Source: Lepidodermella squamata
Taxonomy: Eukaryota > Animalia > Gastrotricha
Length of the DNA stretch: 64,000 nucleotides
NCBI GenBank assembly: GCA_047495785.1
Contig: JBLDXI010000054.1
Coordinates: 3,224,001 to 3,288,000, forward strand
Direction: 5' to 3'
The translations under genes were made by a program, and so were the position numbers. The notes below the pieces were generated by a model that made no database searches, was not told the DNA's origin, and saw only the letters and a program-made list of their open reading frames with translations. Numbering within the stretch: position 1 is the first letter of the stretch; each line of letters opens with the position of its first letter. Positions 38,764 to 50,300 of the stretch are shown one piece after another.

Positions 38764-41056
38764 TTAATTGATATCATCATTATCATCGTCGTCGCTAATA
38801 CAAAGTTCCTCCAGCGACAATTTAGCACTTTCACGTTGTAGCTCAGCCAGGCCGGAAATCTCCTCGAGGTAACTAGGGTTAGAGCACACACGGCTGACGA
38901 ATTCGAACTTGTGGGTAAGATACTCGTTTATTACAGCGGTTGAGCATGCAGAGCAGTTTGAGAACGCCGATGAGTTGACAACAAGCTGCTCGTACTTCGA
39001 CAAAAAGCCACGAATTTGATGCGGAACAATACCTAGACAGGTATCGGCTGAGTTGGCCGGAGCACACGGTCCCAACGCGTGATTCAAAACACTGACCATT
39101 AATTCGACTGCCAGCCCACTCGCAAGCATAGAAATTCCTCCACGAGAAACTGTGCATTGCTGATCCAAAGTTCGCTCTCGTAAAGAATTCGTCGGACCAA
39201 CAACATCGGTGCAGAAGTAGCAACCCAATTTAGGAGGCATGTTCTCTCCCGAGCAGCCGTGTCTCAAAACCAGGAAACTGTCAAAGCCCAATGCTGATGT
39301 TATCGCCAATTTGCCATAAGCAGCCGCCATGACAGATGGCAGCCATCGACTTTCACGACTGTCTGTCAGCAAAAAGACGACATCGTATTCCCTAACGAGA
39401 GCATCTAGCTGTTCCCAATTTTTCATGCTATCCTTCATTGTCGCGTTGGAAATAGGATGACCAGGCATGGGAATGGTGAGCTCGGGATAACTGGAAATAT
39501 TCACACCAGGGTAGATTTTCCTTAGTGAATCAGCAGCTGCATCCGCCTTCAACATCTTGTTATCAACGCAGTGTTGGAAGTTGAAAAGCGACTGCCGAAC
39601 TGGATTCGAATATGAAATTTTCCCGTTATCAACAAGGGCCATTTTATGTACTCCCCACGACTGAAACCAAATAAAAAAAATTAAACCGTCAAGCGCAAAA
39701 TTTAAAACAAATGCATACAAGTAAGCATCTCGCTACGTTGCAGCCAAGAGTGCCGCATCCCAAGAGGAGGCAGGAAGTATTGGCAATTTTCTCCAAGTCC
39801 AATTCAGGCGCAACACGCCACTTCATAAGCTTCAGATTCAAAGAAACTGCTTCGTTAGCAAGTTTGACCGGGTCCATGGAAGTGCTCATATCAACAAAGC
39901 CGGGTTGGAGTTTTCCGGATTTTCTATCTCGCTCCCAACCAGTGACAGTAAGTTTATCTAATTGTTAATGGATCTTGTAAAAGATGATTTATGGGTTCGT
40001 TGGAAACATACCAAAAGATAATAGAGATCCGGTCATCAATTTGACCGAGAATGAAAGGCTGCATGATAAATCAAATCGATTACTGGCATCTTTCATTCGC
40101 CGAATAGCAATGATGTCAGCTTTCTCGGAAGAATTCAAAATTTGAGCTTGCAACAGCAACAAATAATTTCGTAGAGGCCAGCCAGGATTGTCGGTTGACG
40201 ATGGATCGCAGAAACAAAATTTAATCTACATAAAAAGATACCAATGAGAATAATCTAGCTCTAAATATGTCTCAGCTTACATCATCGATATTGGAACAAG
40301 ACTTGATCTGTTCCAGAGTAAGAACTTTTCCAGTCACTTCATTGTATCCGAAGAATGCAAGGGACACTGAGTCATTGTCATCGATTGCCCGTTGTAATGC
40401 AGCAATCTAATCAACTAGATGTGAAATTGGCGATAATGAAAAATTTAACTTACTTTCTCGGAGGACCAACTATCAGCAAGTGTCTTCGGCTTAGATAGAT
40501 ATGAAAATGGTTCACTTGGTGATAGAGCAGGATAAGCCAGCCAATAATGGAAATGGAACTTTTTCAAATCCTGCAAGATATTTTGTTAGAAAAGTAGGAT
40601 AGCAAAGGCTTTCTTATATACCCCGTGACATAAAAATATGAAGCGATTTAGCACCAATGGATTAACAACAGCCTCGGCATTCGTAATACTGTCAAATATC
40701 TCTTTACACGCCGAGGCGAGTGTGCCTCGTGTGCAAAGTCCTTGGAATCCTTCAAGGGTATTGGTATTTTGAAGCTTCCCAATACACGGAAAGCTGAATT
40801 TCTTGTCATCATTTGATCTAAATACGAAAAATTGATATCACAATTAAGACTAAATCATCAAAGCATACCTATCAAAAGCGGTGTAATCAATGGTGAATTG
40901 AGGAGGTAATGCACGCTGGCTCTCCAGGCCATAATTCGCTACAATCTCAACTGCTGACTCATCTAATTGAAGGACATTTAGTTTGAGCTGTGTCAAGCGA
41001 TGCCAAAACGTAGGATGAATGAAAGTTGTGAAGGGCTCGAAAGATACAATATCCAT
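38764..41056 (-). CDS. ATG7: Ubiquitin-like modifier-activating enzyme ATG7, multi-exon
   Basis: '[17 protein letters not shown]', '[12 protein letters not shown]', '[14 protein letters not shown]', '[17 protein letters not shown]', 'DSRESRWLP', and catalytic '[11 protein letters not shown]'. Confidence 0.96.
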
Positions 41057-41317
41057 TTAACCACCGCTGATGGGAGGAATAACAGCGATTTCGTCGTTTG
41101 AATGCAAATTTAATTGCACTGGGCTCTCTAAATCAAGGTAACTCTGATTCAGCGACAAGATTGATGCTGATTTCAATAGCTCCAATGCAGGATAGGTCTT
41201 CAGAAGAAGATCTTGAATATCTCGCGCAGTGTAAGGTACACTTTCGTGCAACGTCACCTCAGCAAACCGAAGTCCAACTTTTTCTGCCGCTTCTCCGAAG
41301 AACAGCACCTTTACCAT
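41057..41317 (-). CDS. MOCS2A: Molybdopterin synthase sulfur-carrier subunit (MoaD/ThiS ubiquitin-like fold)
   Basis: 'MVKVLFFGEAAE..G' start and 'DEIAVIPPISGG*' end with the diglycine terminus; single exon, about 86 aa. Confidence 0.9.
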   Translation of the reverse strand: MVKVLFFGEAAEKVGLRFAEVTLHESVPYTARDIQDLLLKTYPALELLKSASILSLNQSYLDLESPVQLNLHSNDEIAVIPPISGG

Positions 41318-41699
41318 CAACAAAACAGACGAACAGCTATGGCAAATCGAGGAGATAACGCGGGAAACAGCAGGTTAACCGATAAGCAGAGATGATGCGG
41401 AAGGGTTAGCGGCGCGGCGAACTTGCGAAAAACTTCAGCGGAAAGAATCGCCGCGACGGCATGAGGTTCTATGTCAATGCCACAATTTATAAAATTTTAT
41501 TTAATATTTGTTCACAAAATATAATAGAAAAATTAAACGAATGATATTTTATCCGTTTACCAGAGCACTGTCGCATGCTATAGTTTGCGCGGGAAATCGA
41601 TTCTGTCAGTGATTCAGCATTCCTCTGGTGTCGGGGAAGGTTGAAAAGGCCCCGAAAACGCTCCTCGGTAGTTTTAGAGCCAAAGCCAAAGCCGTCAGT

Positions 41700-42330
41700 T
41701 CTGCAACTAGAACTCCGAAAGATGTGCTCATGGCTAAAACAGTCTCGCAGTGAATGGCAAAAAATTGCAATTCATGCATCTCAAGCCGCACCTCTTGACA
41801 GCGCCCGATTTCGCTGTCACCATCGGCGGGGTTGCGATAAAGCCGTCAGAAATCATGGATACCCTTGTCTTTAAAATCGACAAACGAGCACGTTCTCTCT
41901 CAAACAGGCTGTCGATGCTGAGATTGATCATAAAACTGCAGTTATGAAGACCAATGGCCTCGTCGTCAGCCGTCATGATTATGGTGACCTCAAAATCGAC
42001 TTGCGACAAACTGCAATCGGCACAGGATCGAGCTATCAAAATCATATACGGCGAACATCCTATGGCAGATCCGGTACCGCTTCGGCATGGACTTGGATGG
42101 CTAACTGTCGACCAGAAACACGCGATGCACCTATGCAAATTCATGTGGAAGAGCCTAACCAGACGGCACTGGAAAAATTCATCAGATATTACAGCTTAAC
42201 GATCGCAGCCATGGCTACAGCTGCCGTAATTTTGAGCCATTGGTCACGCCGACCTACACGGCATCTCAAGCATCTCATTTGATGTAGGCGTTGACAGAAG
42301 TTACCCATCCCAAAGCCTTGATAGTCCATA
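41700..42330 (+). pseudogene. Degenerate non-LTR retrotransposon (LINE) ORF2 C-terminal remnant
   Basis: Frameshifted fragments 'CDKLQSAQDRAIKIIYG...LRHGLGWLTVDQKHAMHLCKFMWKSL' resemble the region downstream of RT in L2/CR1-type LINEs. Confidence 0.55.
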
Positions 42331-43329
42331 AAAGCCATAATAGGCGCACTTTACCGATTTTCTCAGGTACTTTTGGGCAGTACATAGTAGACTGACGATG
42401 TGCCTCTTCCTCTCTCTTCCCTTCTCTCTTTCCTCTCTTCCCTAGCCGTTCCCTTTTTCACCGCTTTCCTGTTTATTCGATCATCCTTCGAGAGGGCACA
42501 GCCCAGAGCCATGCTCCCTAATTTTTAGCTGAAATTCAAGTGGAGCATTACGTCAAAGTTTTGCTCAACGTCTGGCGTCAGGCATCAGACGTGATGGACC
42601 TCTGAATTTTGTTGGGGGTTTTATCGTCTTATCAAATAGCTAGCAATATAGCCCTTGAGAGCCCCTTTCACGTGGGGGACTAACCAAAGATCGAACTGAT
42701 TTCCACATGCTTAATGCAGCTGTTCAACTCTCTGTAGAAGTGTACAGTGTCTTAAGTACTCCTACTCTACAATTATAGACGAAATAAGCGCGAGTTTATT
42801 GCCAACGATTAGCACAAAACGTGCGCGGAAACGATGCCGAACGTCTTTAAATTATCTGCGATGTCTGGTATCCGAGGGATTTCTCTAAACAATTTCCGAT
42901 TCGCGGATCAATCGGCAGTTAGTGTATCTCACCGCGCTTCTTTCTGACAAGTACAGCCATTTCAAACTGTAAATTAATCGCTCCAATCGACTTTTTATAG
43001 ATACACGTTTCATGTCACCACCTCAGTTTCCATATATACCTATGCCATATGTAAGGGGATATCTTGAAATTCTGCTAACTTTAACTTTACTCATAAATAC
43101 CCATCACAGCGTGCATTTATTGTCAGCTTTCAATAATTACATCGAGGAAAAATAGTGCAATATTTTGGCAGAATATTTCTACCTTCAACAGGAATGGCAT
43201 AATCTTCACAAATTAAACAATTATCGTTCAAGTAAACGCTTTAGTTGCGGTTTCGTCTGATCAAAAAATCACTGATAATAATGTCTATTATCTATAATAA
43301 ATCACTTCGTAAGTGAATATCGAAACTTT

Positions 43330-45250
43330 CTAGACCGAAATCGAGCCATCACGGAAGCCCGTTTTGCCGATAATGCAGTTCACCAAGACTGGTTTGCCGC
43401 TCAGTTGAGCCGCGCTTCTCACATCTTCAAAGCACTGCCGAATCGCCGAGGCTGATGATTTTTCGTTAAGAACAGCGCCGTTGCCACTAAAACACATTCA
43501 GTTGAATAAGTGCAAATAATTTCAAGCAATAAACTAACCCAAGAGCCTCAACAGCTTTGTCGTAGTCGGTGTAGTCAAGCATACAGGCCACGCACGACTT
43601 GAACATAACAATCTGCTCGCGATAGATTTGAGACCAACACGCATCGTTTCCTACAACAGCCATGATCGGGATTTTGTGTCGAACAAACGTGTCGAACTCG
43701 GCCAGACTGTAACCAACAGAACCGTCGCCGAAAATAACCCAAACGTCAGCATCAGGCCGGCAAAGTTTCGCTCCAAGAGCGAAGCCGGCTCCGACGCCCA
43801 GAGTGCCGAAAGCGCCGGGATCGAGCCAGCCAAGGGGAGCAGTGGGTTTCACAATGTAAGCCGCTGATCCAACGAAATCTCCGCCATCCGCGACCAAGAT
43901 AGAACTCTTTTTCAACACTGAGTCGAAGTTTCCCAGAAGATGGAGCGGGTTGAGACCCTTGTTCACCGGTTCTCCCGACTTGTTCTTGATGTCTTCGTCA
44001 CGCTTGGCATCACCATCCCGCCATTTTTGAAGCCACGACTCGTCAGCTTTGTAAGACTTCAATTTTTCTGCTAGTTTCAGCATGAAAGTACCGGCATCAG
44101 CCTGGGAAGCAACGTCGGGATTCCAGAAAACACGCGCGTTTTTGTACAGTTGATCCTTGCTTCGGTTGACGGCGACAATTTTAGCACGTTTCGGTAAAAC
44201 ACGACCGTAGCTGAGACGGAAATCGCAAACAGCACCGGCCATTAGCACGAAATCGGCTTCTTTCAGAGCTTCTTTGCGAGTATGACGACATTGAACTGAG
44301 CTTGAGGTACCCAGAAGACCACGAGCCATACCACCAAGGAATGTTGGAACGCCCAGGCCTTCGATCGCTGCGGCAACTTCGTTCAAATCGGCAGGCGGGG
44401 CGGTGATTTGACTACCAAGGATGAATAGAGGCTTCTTGGCCTTGCTCAAAAGCTCGGCCGCTTTTTGAATCTCAGCATCAGACGCAATAGGGGTTTCAAT
44501 CGGTAAAGGTTCAACAGGCACAGGCTCGAAAGCGCCGGCGAAAATACGGCCGACATGTTTGCGAAGGTACCAAGCGATCAATTTCTGAACGATAGTCTTC
44601 GGCTGCAAACCTCCGATAGCCTCCTTAATAACCATCTCGTACGGATAGAGAATGTCGATCGGCATTTCGACAAACACCGGGCCAGGAGCGCCGGATTTAG
44701 CGATGCGGATCGCCTCTCGAAGGGTAGGTGCGATGTCCCGAATTCGGTTGATGCTAGCCGAATACTTGCAAATAGATTTCAGAACAGACAATTGGTCGAT
44801 ATCTTGAAGGGCACCTCGTCCTTTCGCGATCGTAGCAGCCGCGCCTCCGATCAGCAAAACTGGAGATTCGGCCATTTGGGCGTTCTTCATTGCTGTTACT
44901 GTGTTGGTTACACCAGGGCCAGCTGTCACAACTGCAACGCCAATATTTCGAGTCAACCTGGCGGTAGCATCGGCAGCGAACGCAGCGGTAACTTCATGGC
45001 GAGTGTCAATAACCCGAATGCCCAACTTTTCGCAGCCAATAAATATGGGCGAAACGTGGCCTCCGCAAAGAGTGTAGATGAACTCGACACCGTGAGCCTT
45101 CAAGACATCAGCGACTATGCTGCCACCATGTTGCTTTGATGTCTCGTCGATTGGGTGAGATGACTGATAAATCAAATCAAGCTTGTACACAGCGAAAAGG
45201 ACCGCGGCTATCACGACAAAAGCCAAGAAACCGAAAATCAACAAAATCAT
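43330..45250 (-). CDS. ILVBL: 2-hydroxyacyl-CoA lyase 2 / acetolactate synthase-like protein, 2 exons
   Basis: N-terminal TM segment, '[10 protein letters not shown]', '[14 protein letters not shown]', '[12 protein letters not shown]', TPP motif 'GDGSVG...GNDACW', C-terminal 'FRDGSISV*'. Confidence 0.93.
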
Positions 45251-47312
45251 GTTAATATCTCAACCTAACTGGAAAGTTCAAAAATGCTATTAATAGCGAG
45301 AGGCCATGTCTTTACAACCGCTGTATTACAAGACCAACGCATTAACTGTAACAATTTACAAAGAAAGAAGAAACAAAGAGCACAGCCACGCATTTCTGTA
45401 ATAATGCAACGTAGAAATGTAACACACAATGTACTTTGAACCCAAAGACGCAGCACACAACAGCTCACCTGGTGTCAGCGGGTTACTGTTACGCAGCCAA
45501 GTATGAGTTGTAGCGAAACAGAAACGTTATTTTGCAATCGCTTTGTTTTCCCAATGTTGCTCATTCCCAAGTTTCGTGATTAAAAGGTGAATCAAAGCTA
45601 AAGGGCCGAATTGACTTCATCAGTTATAAACGGCAATCATAACGGAATTTTGATTTATTTGCATCTATTGACAAGGCAACGGCAAAATAAATAAAATTCA
45701 ACTGAAACGCTGAGTTGAATATTTGTTATAGATATCTCTACGCGCGCATGATCAGTCGTGATTCTATCAAAATTTCGCCCGTAATCGCGATTTTATCTAT
45801 TATAGTCGTATGTCATACAGACGCGAGGATTGTCACTATAACACAAGGGTTTTCATAGTCTATTTAAGAGTTCAAATTCTGGCGACGTTTCGGACACAAG
45901 CCTTCATCCTCAGGCCGAAACCTTTGAATTCGCAAATCGCGACGCTTTTAAAAATCGATCCCGAGTCTACGTGCGACCTTCAGATGTTACAATTCCTCGG
46001 AATGATAATCGATATTTATTTCTGTTCCGAATAAAAATTCTAGAAATGCTGAGGATCTTGTAACGCTGTAACTATACGCTGTTTACCGAAGGAATAAAAG
46101 AACATTATAAGATGGGCCATTTCTGGTAAAAAGTTGTACCGTTCATTCAGCTTTGTTCAAGCGATCAGCCAACAGCCCGATTGGGTGGCCTAAAGTTATT
46201 ATCATCGCAACAATTGTCCATAGCAAATTCCACTTTCGCAATACTGAATTCGTAATATTGAATCGCAATAAAGAGCAAGACTGTGTAATGTTTACTAGCA
46301 CGCAAAAGCTTTGTCCGATTGTACTTAATCTATAATAGAGCTTTGTTAGACTTTCAGGAACTTCAAACGGAAAGACAATCGACATCTCAGAACCACATCT
46401 CACATGATTCAAGCTACTGCTTCATAATTTGATCATAATCTGATCGAATCCCGCGCGGTACATTTAGGAACAAACAAATCGAAACTTGCAAAATGTATGT
46501 TTTCAAGACACAACATGATCCAGAATGCGCCGATTACTATTGATTTTTTGATCGAACACTAATCGATGAGCGATAGCCAGAGACCCGAGATCACAGCAAT
46601 TGTTGGATATATAGGGACCCAAACGGTTGGTCCATATTGGCAAATAACAGTAGTATTTGTTGCTCATCCTCGACAGGTTTAAACCTGCGACGCATCAGCT
46701 TAGATTTTCTGAAGGCGTAACATATAAGAATTTCTCAAACTGATGCGATTAAATATAAATAAAGATTGCTGGGTAACTATCATAAAATTCTCAGCATATA
46801 CAAAAGGAATCATCATAATCGCAGGATACCATCAACACAACATAATACATGTTAGCGAAAATGAAAGGTTGAATGAAAAATCCCATTTATATAGTTGCAT
46901 GGGATCTAACGAGGCTCAAGTCTGAGTCATATCATTCGTCGAGGAAGGCAATTTCTCTTATGAAGATTCATATACTTCTGCTGTTAACGGTCGCATTACT
47001 TCTGCGCTCGATCCTCTTTTTGCCCATTTATAAATCCATTCCTGAATACATACTGTTACTCTTTTAAAAAATTAAAAATGGTACAATCTGAAGGGAAACA
47101 ATAAAATTATGAATCCGGGAGGGTTGGAACAACCCGAACCGGATGTAAAGCAGGGAAATTTGGTCGGCCGGGGGGAGTTGTAAAATACTAAAAAAAGTTA
47201 TATTATAGAATAAAAAATAATTTTTAATATTAAACATTATTTTAATGTCAAGAACTGGCGCTGATTTCAAAATTGTTTCTGGTTCTTGGCAACAACGCTT
47301 TTCAGCGGCCTA

Positions 47313-50300
47313 TGTACAGCCGTATGATACCGAAGTCAACCGTAAACGACAGCCAAACCCTGATCTGGGTGAAAACTGCCATGGTCATAATTATACGCAT
47401 CATTCACATCATCCATGCATGCATGAGTTCTATTTTATGTTTTTTTCCTAGTTTATTTCCGATGAAGCGACTGCCAGCAACTGTTTTGGTTTTTGTTATT
47501 ATAAGTTTGCTGAGAAACGATTCAACGTGGTATCAAGGAAGACAGAAGGTATTGAGTGAAGCTCTGTATGAACCATGGGGCGATTGGGTTGATGCGGTTG
47601 ATCATTTCGCTGCGAAAGAAGTTTTCCGTAATTGTTTGCGCTGGAGATTTAGCAGATCAACCGTGACTTTTTCTATTTTGGTTTGTGGCGACATCGAGTC
47701 TAATCCAGGGCGTAAGTGCTGTAAGGAGATTTTTTAGTGACACTAGTATTTTTTCTTCAGCAAATAATCAGCGGTCGAATAGTGATCATACTGGTCCTGA
47801 GTTTCGCAAAGTTGTTTCCACACGTACTACACGTACGTTTATACACTTTACTTGTTACTTAGTTTGGATTTAACTAAATGTCTAATACAGAAGCTGCTTC
47901 AATTGGCAAACCTCTGTTTTCAGCTAGTATGGCTAGTCCTTCAAGAATTCCAGTTCAACTGCCATCGAACAGCGGAAAGGCTATTCCTACCGTTAACATA
48001 AGCATGTTTTCGACCCCTCCGAAACTCCCTGTGCGAATCGACCTTGCAAGCCCAGCTGTTTTGGGTGGCAAAAGACAGCTTGATTTTAACAATGGTAGGC
48101 ATGCATTTTATAATTGATACAATTATTCTAATTCTGTGGTTGTTTTGTAGAAGGAGGTAGCCTTGTTGTAAAAAGACCTATGACTTCATCATCCGCAACT
48201 GGACATTCAACGCCGTCTGGGCCTGCTAGAATAGAGGTTATGCCAGAAATGCGCTTGACACCTCTAAAATTGAAAATGGTAGGCTTTAGTGCAAAATAAC
48301 TTGATTTAACATTATTCGGATAGATTGATCAATTGGATGCAAATCGAATCGAAGTCGAAGGCATCGGTGCTTATTTTCACGCCTGTTTTGCCATGAAATT
48401 GTTCGGTTTTGAAACCCTGTCCAAATTTAAAGAGCAGTGCTTTGGAAGAATGGAATTGCTGCATTTATCTGCTTTGCAATCAAAGAGATTGATTGAGCGC
48501 GGCTTGCTAACAGAGAATCAAATAAAGAAAACACCTTTAATGGTGAAAGCCGAAGATGTTGACGCTGAAATAAGTAGGCTATTTACTCCATGGTGCTGCA
48601 TACACATTCGCTATTCACTATTATGTAGGAAAACATCCGCAGTCTTCACAATCTACAGTGACAGGGACAACGACGCCAAAAGCACAGTCAGGCTCTAAGT
48701 CTCAATCACGCAATTTATTTATTGCCGAGGATACACCTTGTTATAGTGAAGATATATACGAGGTCAAGGTAATCAGCTTGAACAATTGGAGAAACGTTTG
48801 AGGGAAAACAAAATTATTCATAGGAAACGGTTCAGCCGGAGGATTTACCCGATGCCGATGTCGATTCAAGCATGCGAGTGTTCGAAGCAATCTCTGATTT
48901 CAAGAAAGAAAATGCAGTCAACAAAATCAAGGACTTCTTCTCGGCGGATAATTTGACTGAAACGGTGTGCGCTGTCTGTCAGGAACTAGTACCAAAACGA
49001 GACATCATTACGAAAATCCTGGAGCAGTCGTTTATCTACAACCGATTGTCTCGATTGCGTTGGGCCGATTCCATTCCTAGCAATGTGCGTCAGGAATACT
49101 GCGCTAAAGATATTGACGAACGATTAGCCGGCCTCGCTTTGAATCCTGCAGGCGTTTCGAACAGTGCAGAAGGAACTTCCATGCAGTTTTGCAAGCATTG
49201 TTACGACTCGCTTTGCTCTTCTAGCATAAAAACGCCGCCTGTGATGGCAATAGCAAATGGATGGGCGTTTGGGAGATTGCCGGAACAATTTTCGTCATTG
49301 TCTTGGGCGGAACGAAAGATGACATCGCTCGTTCAAATTGCTGCGAACATTCAAATAATCGGTCGAAATTTACGCAGACAATTACGTAGCCACACGATTG
49401 CTCTTGTCGCTACACCCGGTCCTGCTGCTACACAAATGCCCATGGCTTTGGAAGATAAAGATTACCTTGTTGTTTTCGCGAATGCTACTGACGATGACAT
49501 GAAGGTAAAATTTGTGAAATTTTGGAGATTTATTTCATATTTGACTTGTATGGTTAGATTGCCAAACAAAAATACGTTCGTGTTCGGCGAGAATTGGTGC
49601 GTGACTTCATGATGTTCTTGAAACAAAACAACAAATCGTTCAAAATGATTCCCATTGATGATGTTGCGCTCAATGCATTACCTGAAGATGATGAAAGGTT
49701 GGATTTGACTACGATTTTGAATGATGGCGAAGAAATCATGGGTGACATCAGCGCAGAATCGATTCGCGTGAATAGCGGTTTAGATGAAGGTGGATTGTTA
49801 GAAACTCATTCTGGTTTATTTGATGTCAACACATCGCAAGGCCGGCAACCTGATGTCGAAAAAGTTGATGAAATCAAAGACGGCGAAAATCTAAAACGTT
49901 TTCGTGTGACATCATCGAACGTCTTCCAAAATGAACGTGACGCCGAATTTTTTATCAAGGCTTTTCCTAATTTGTTTCCGTACGGGGTTGGCTCGCCTTT
50001 ATGCCCACGGCCGGTGCATGTCTCGTTAGAAAAAGCGGTGAAACATTTGATGCGAATAGCCGATCGAAGATTTGCGATAGATGCGAATTTCGTTTTGCTG
50101 GCGTTTGATATGATAGCTCGGAAACGAGCGCACTTGCAGCTGTCTGTGCGATTAAAATGTGATCCGAATATTGCGGCGGAAGCTGTAAGCGTTTCACCCG
50201 AAAATTTTTCTGAACTGCTTCAGTACCAAATTGGGGCCAGAGCTGCAATAAGCCGAAACCAAAAGCCGAGCGATATCCCCGAGTCTCTTCGCTCTGCATC

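Noticed and set aside
41406-41462. Short upstream ORF (MPSRRFFPLKFFASSPRR) before MOCS2A
   Set aside because: Too short to support, and unknown whether it is in the transcript.
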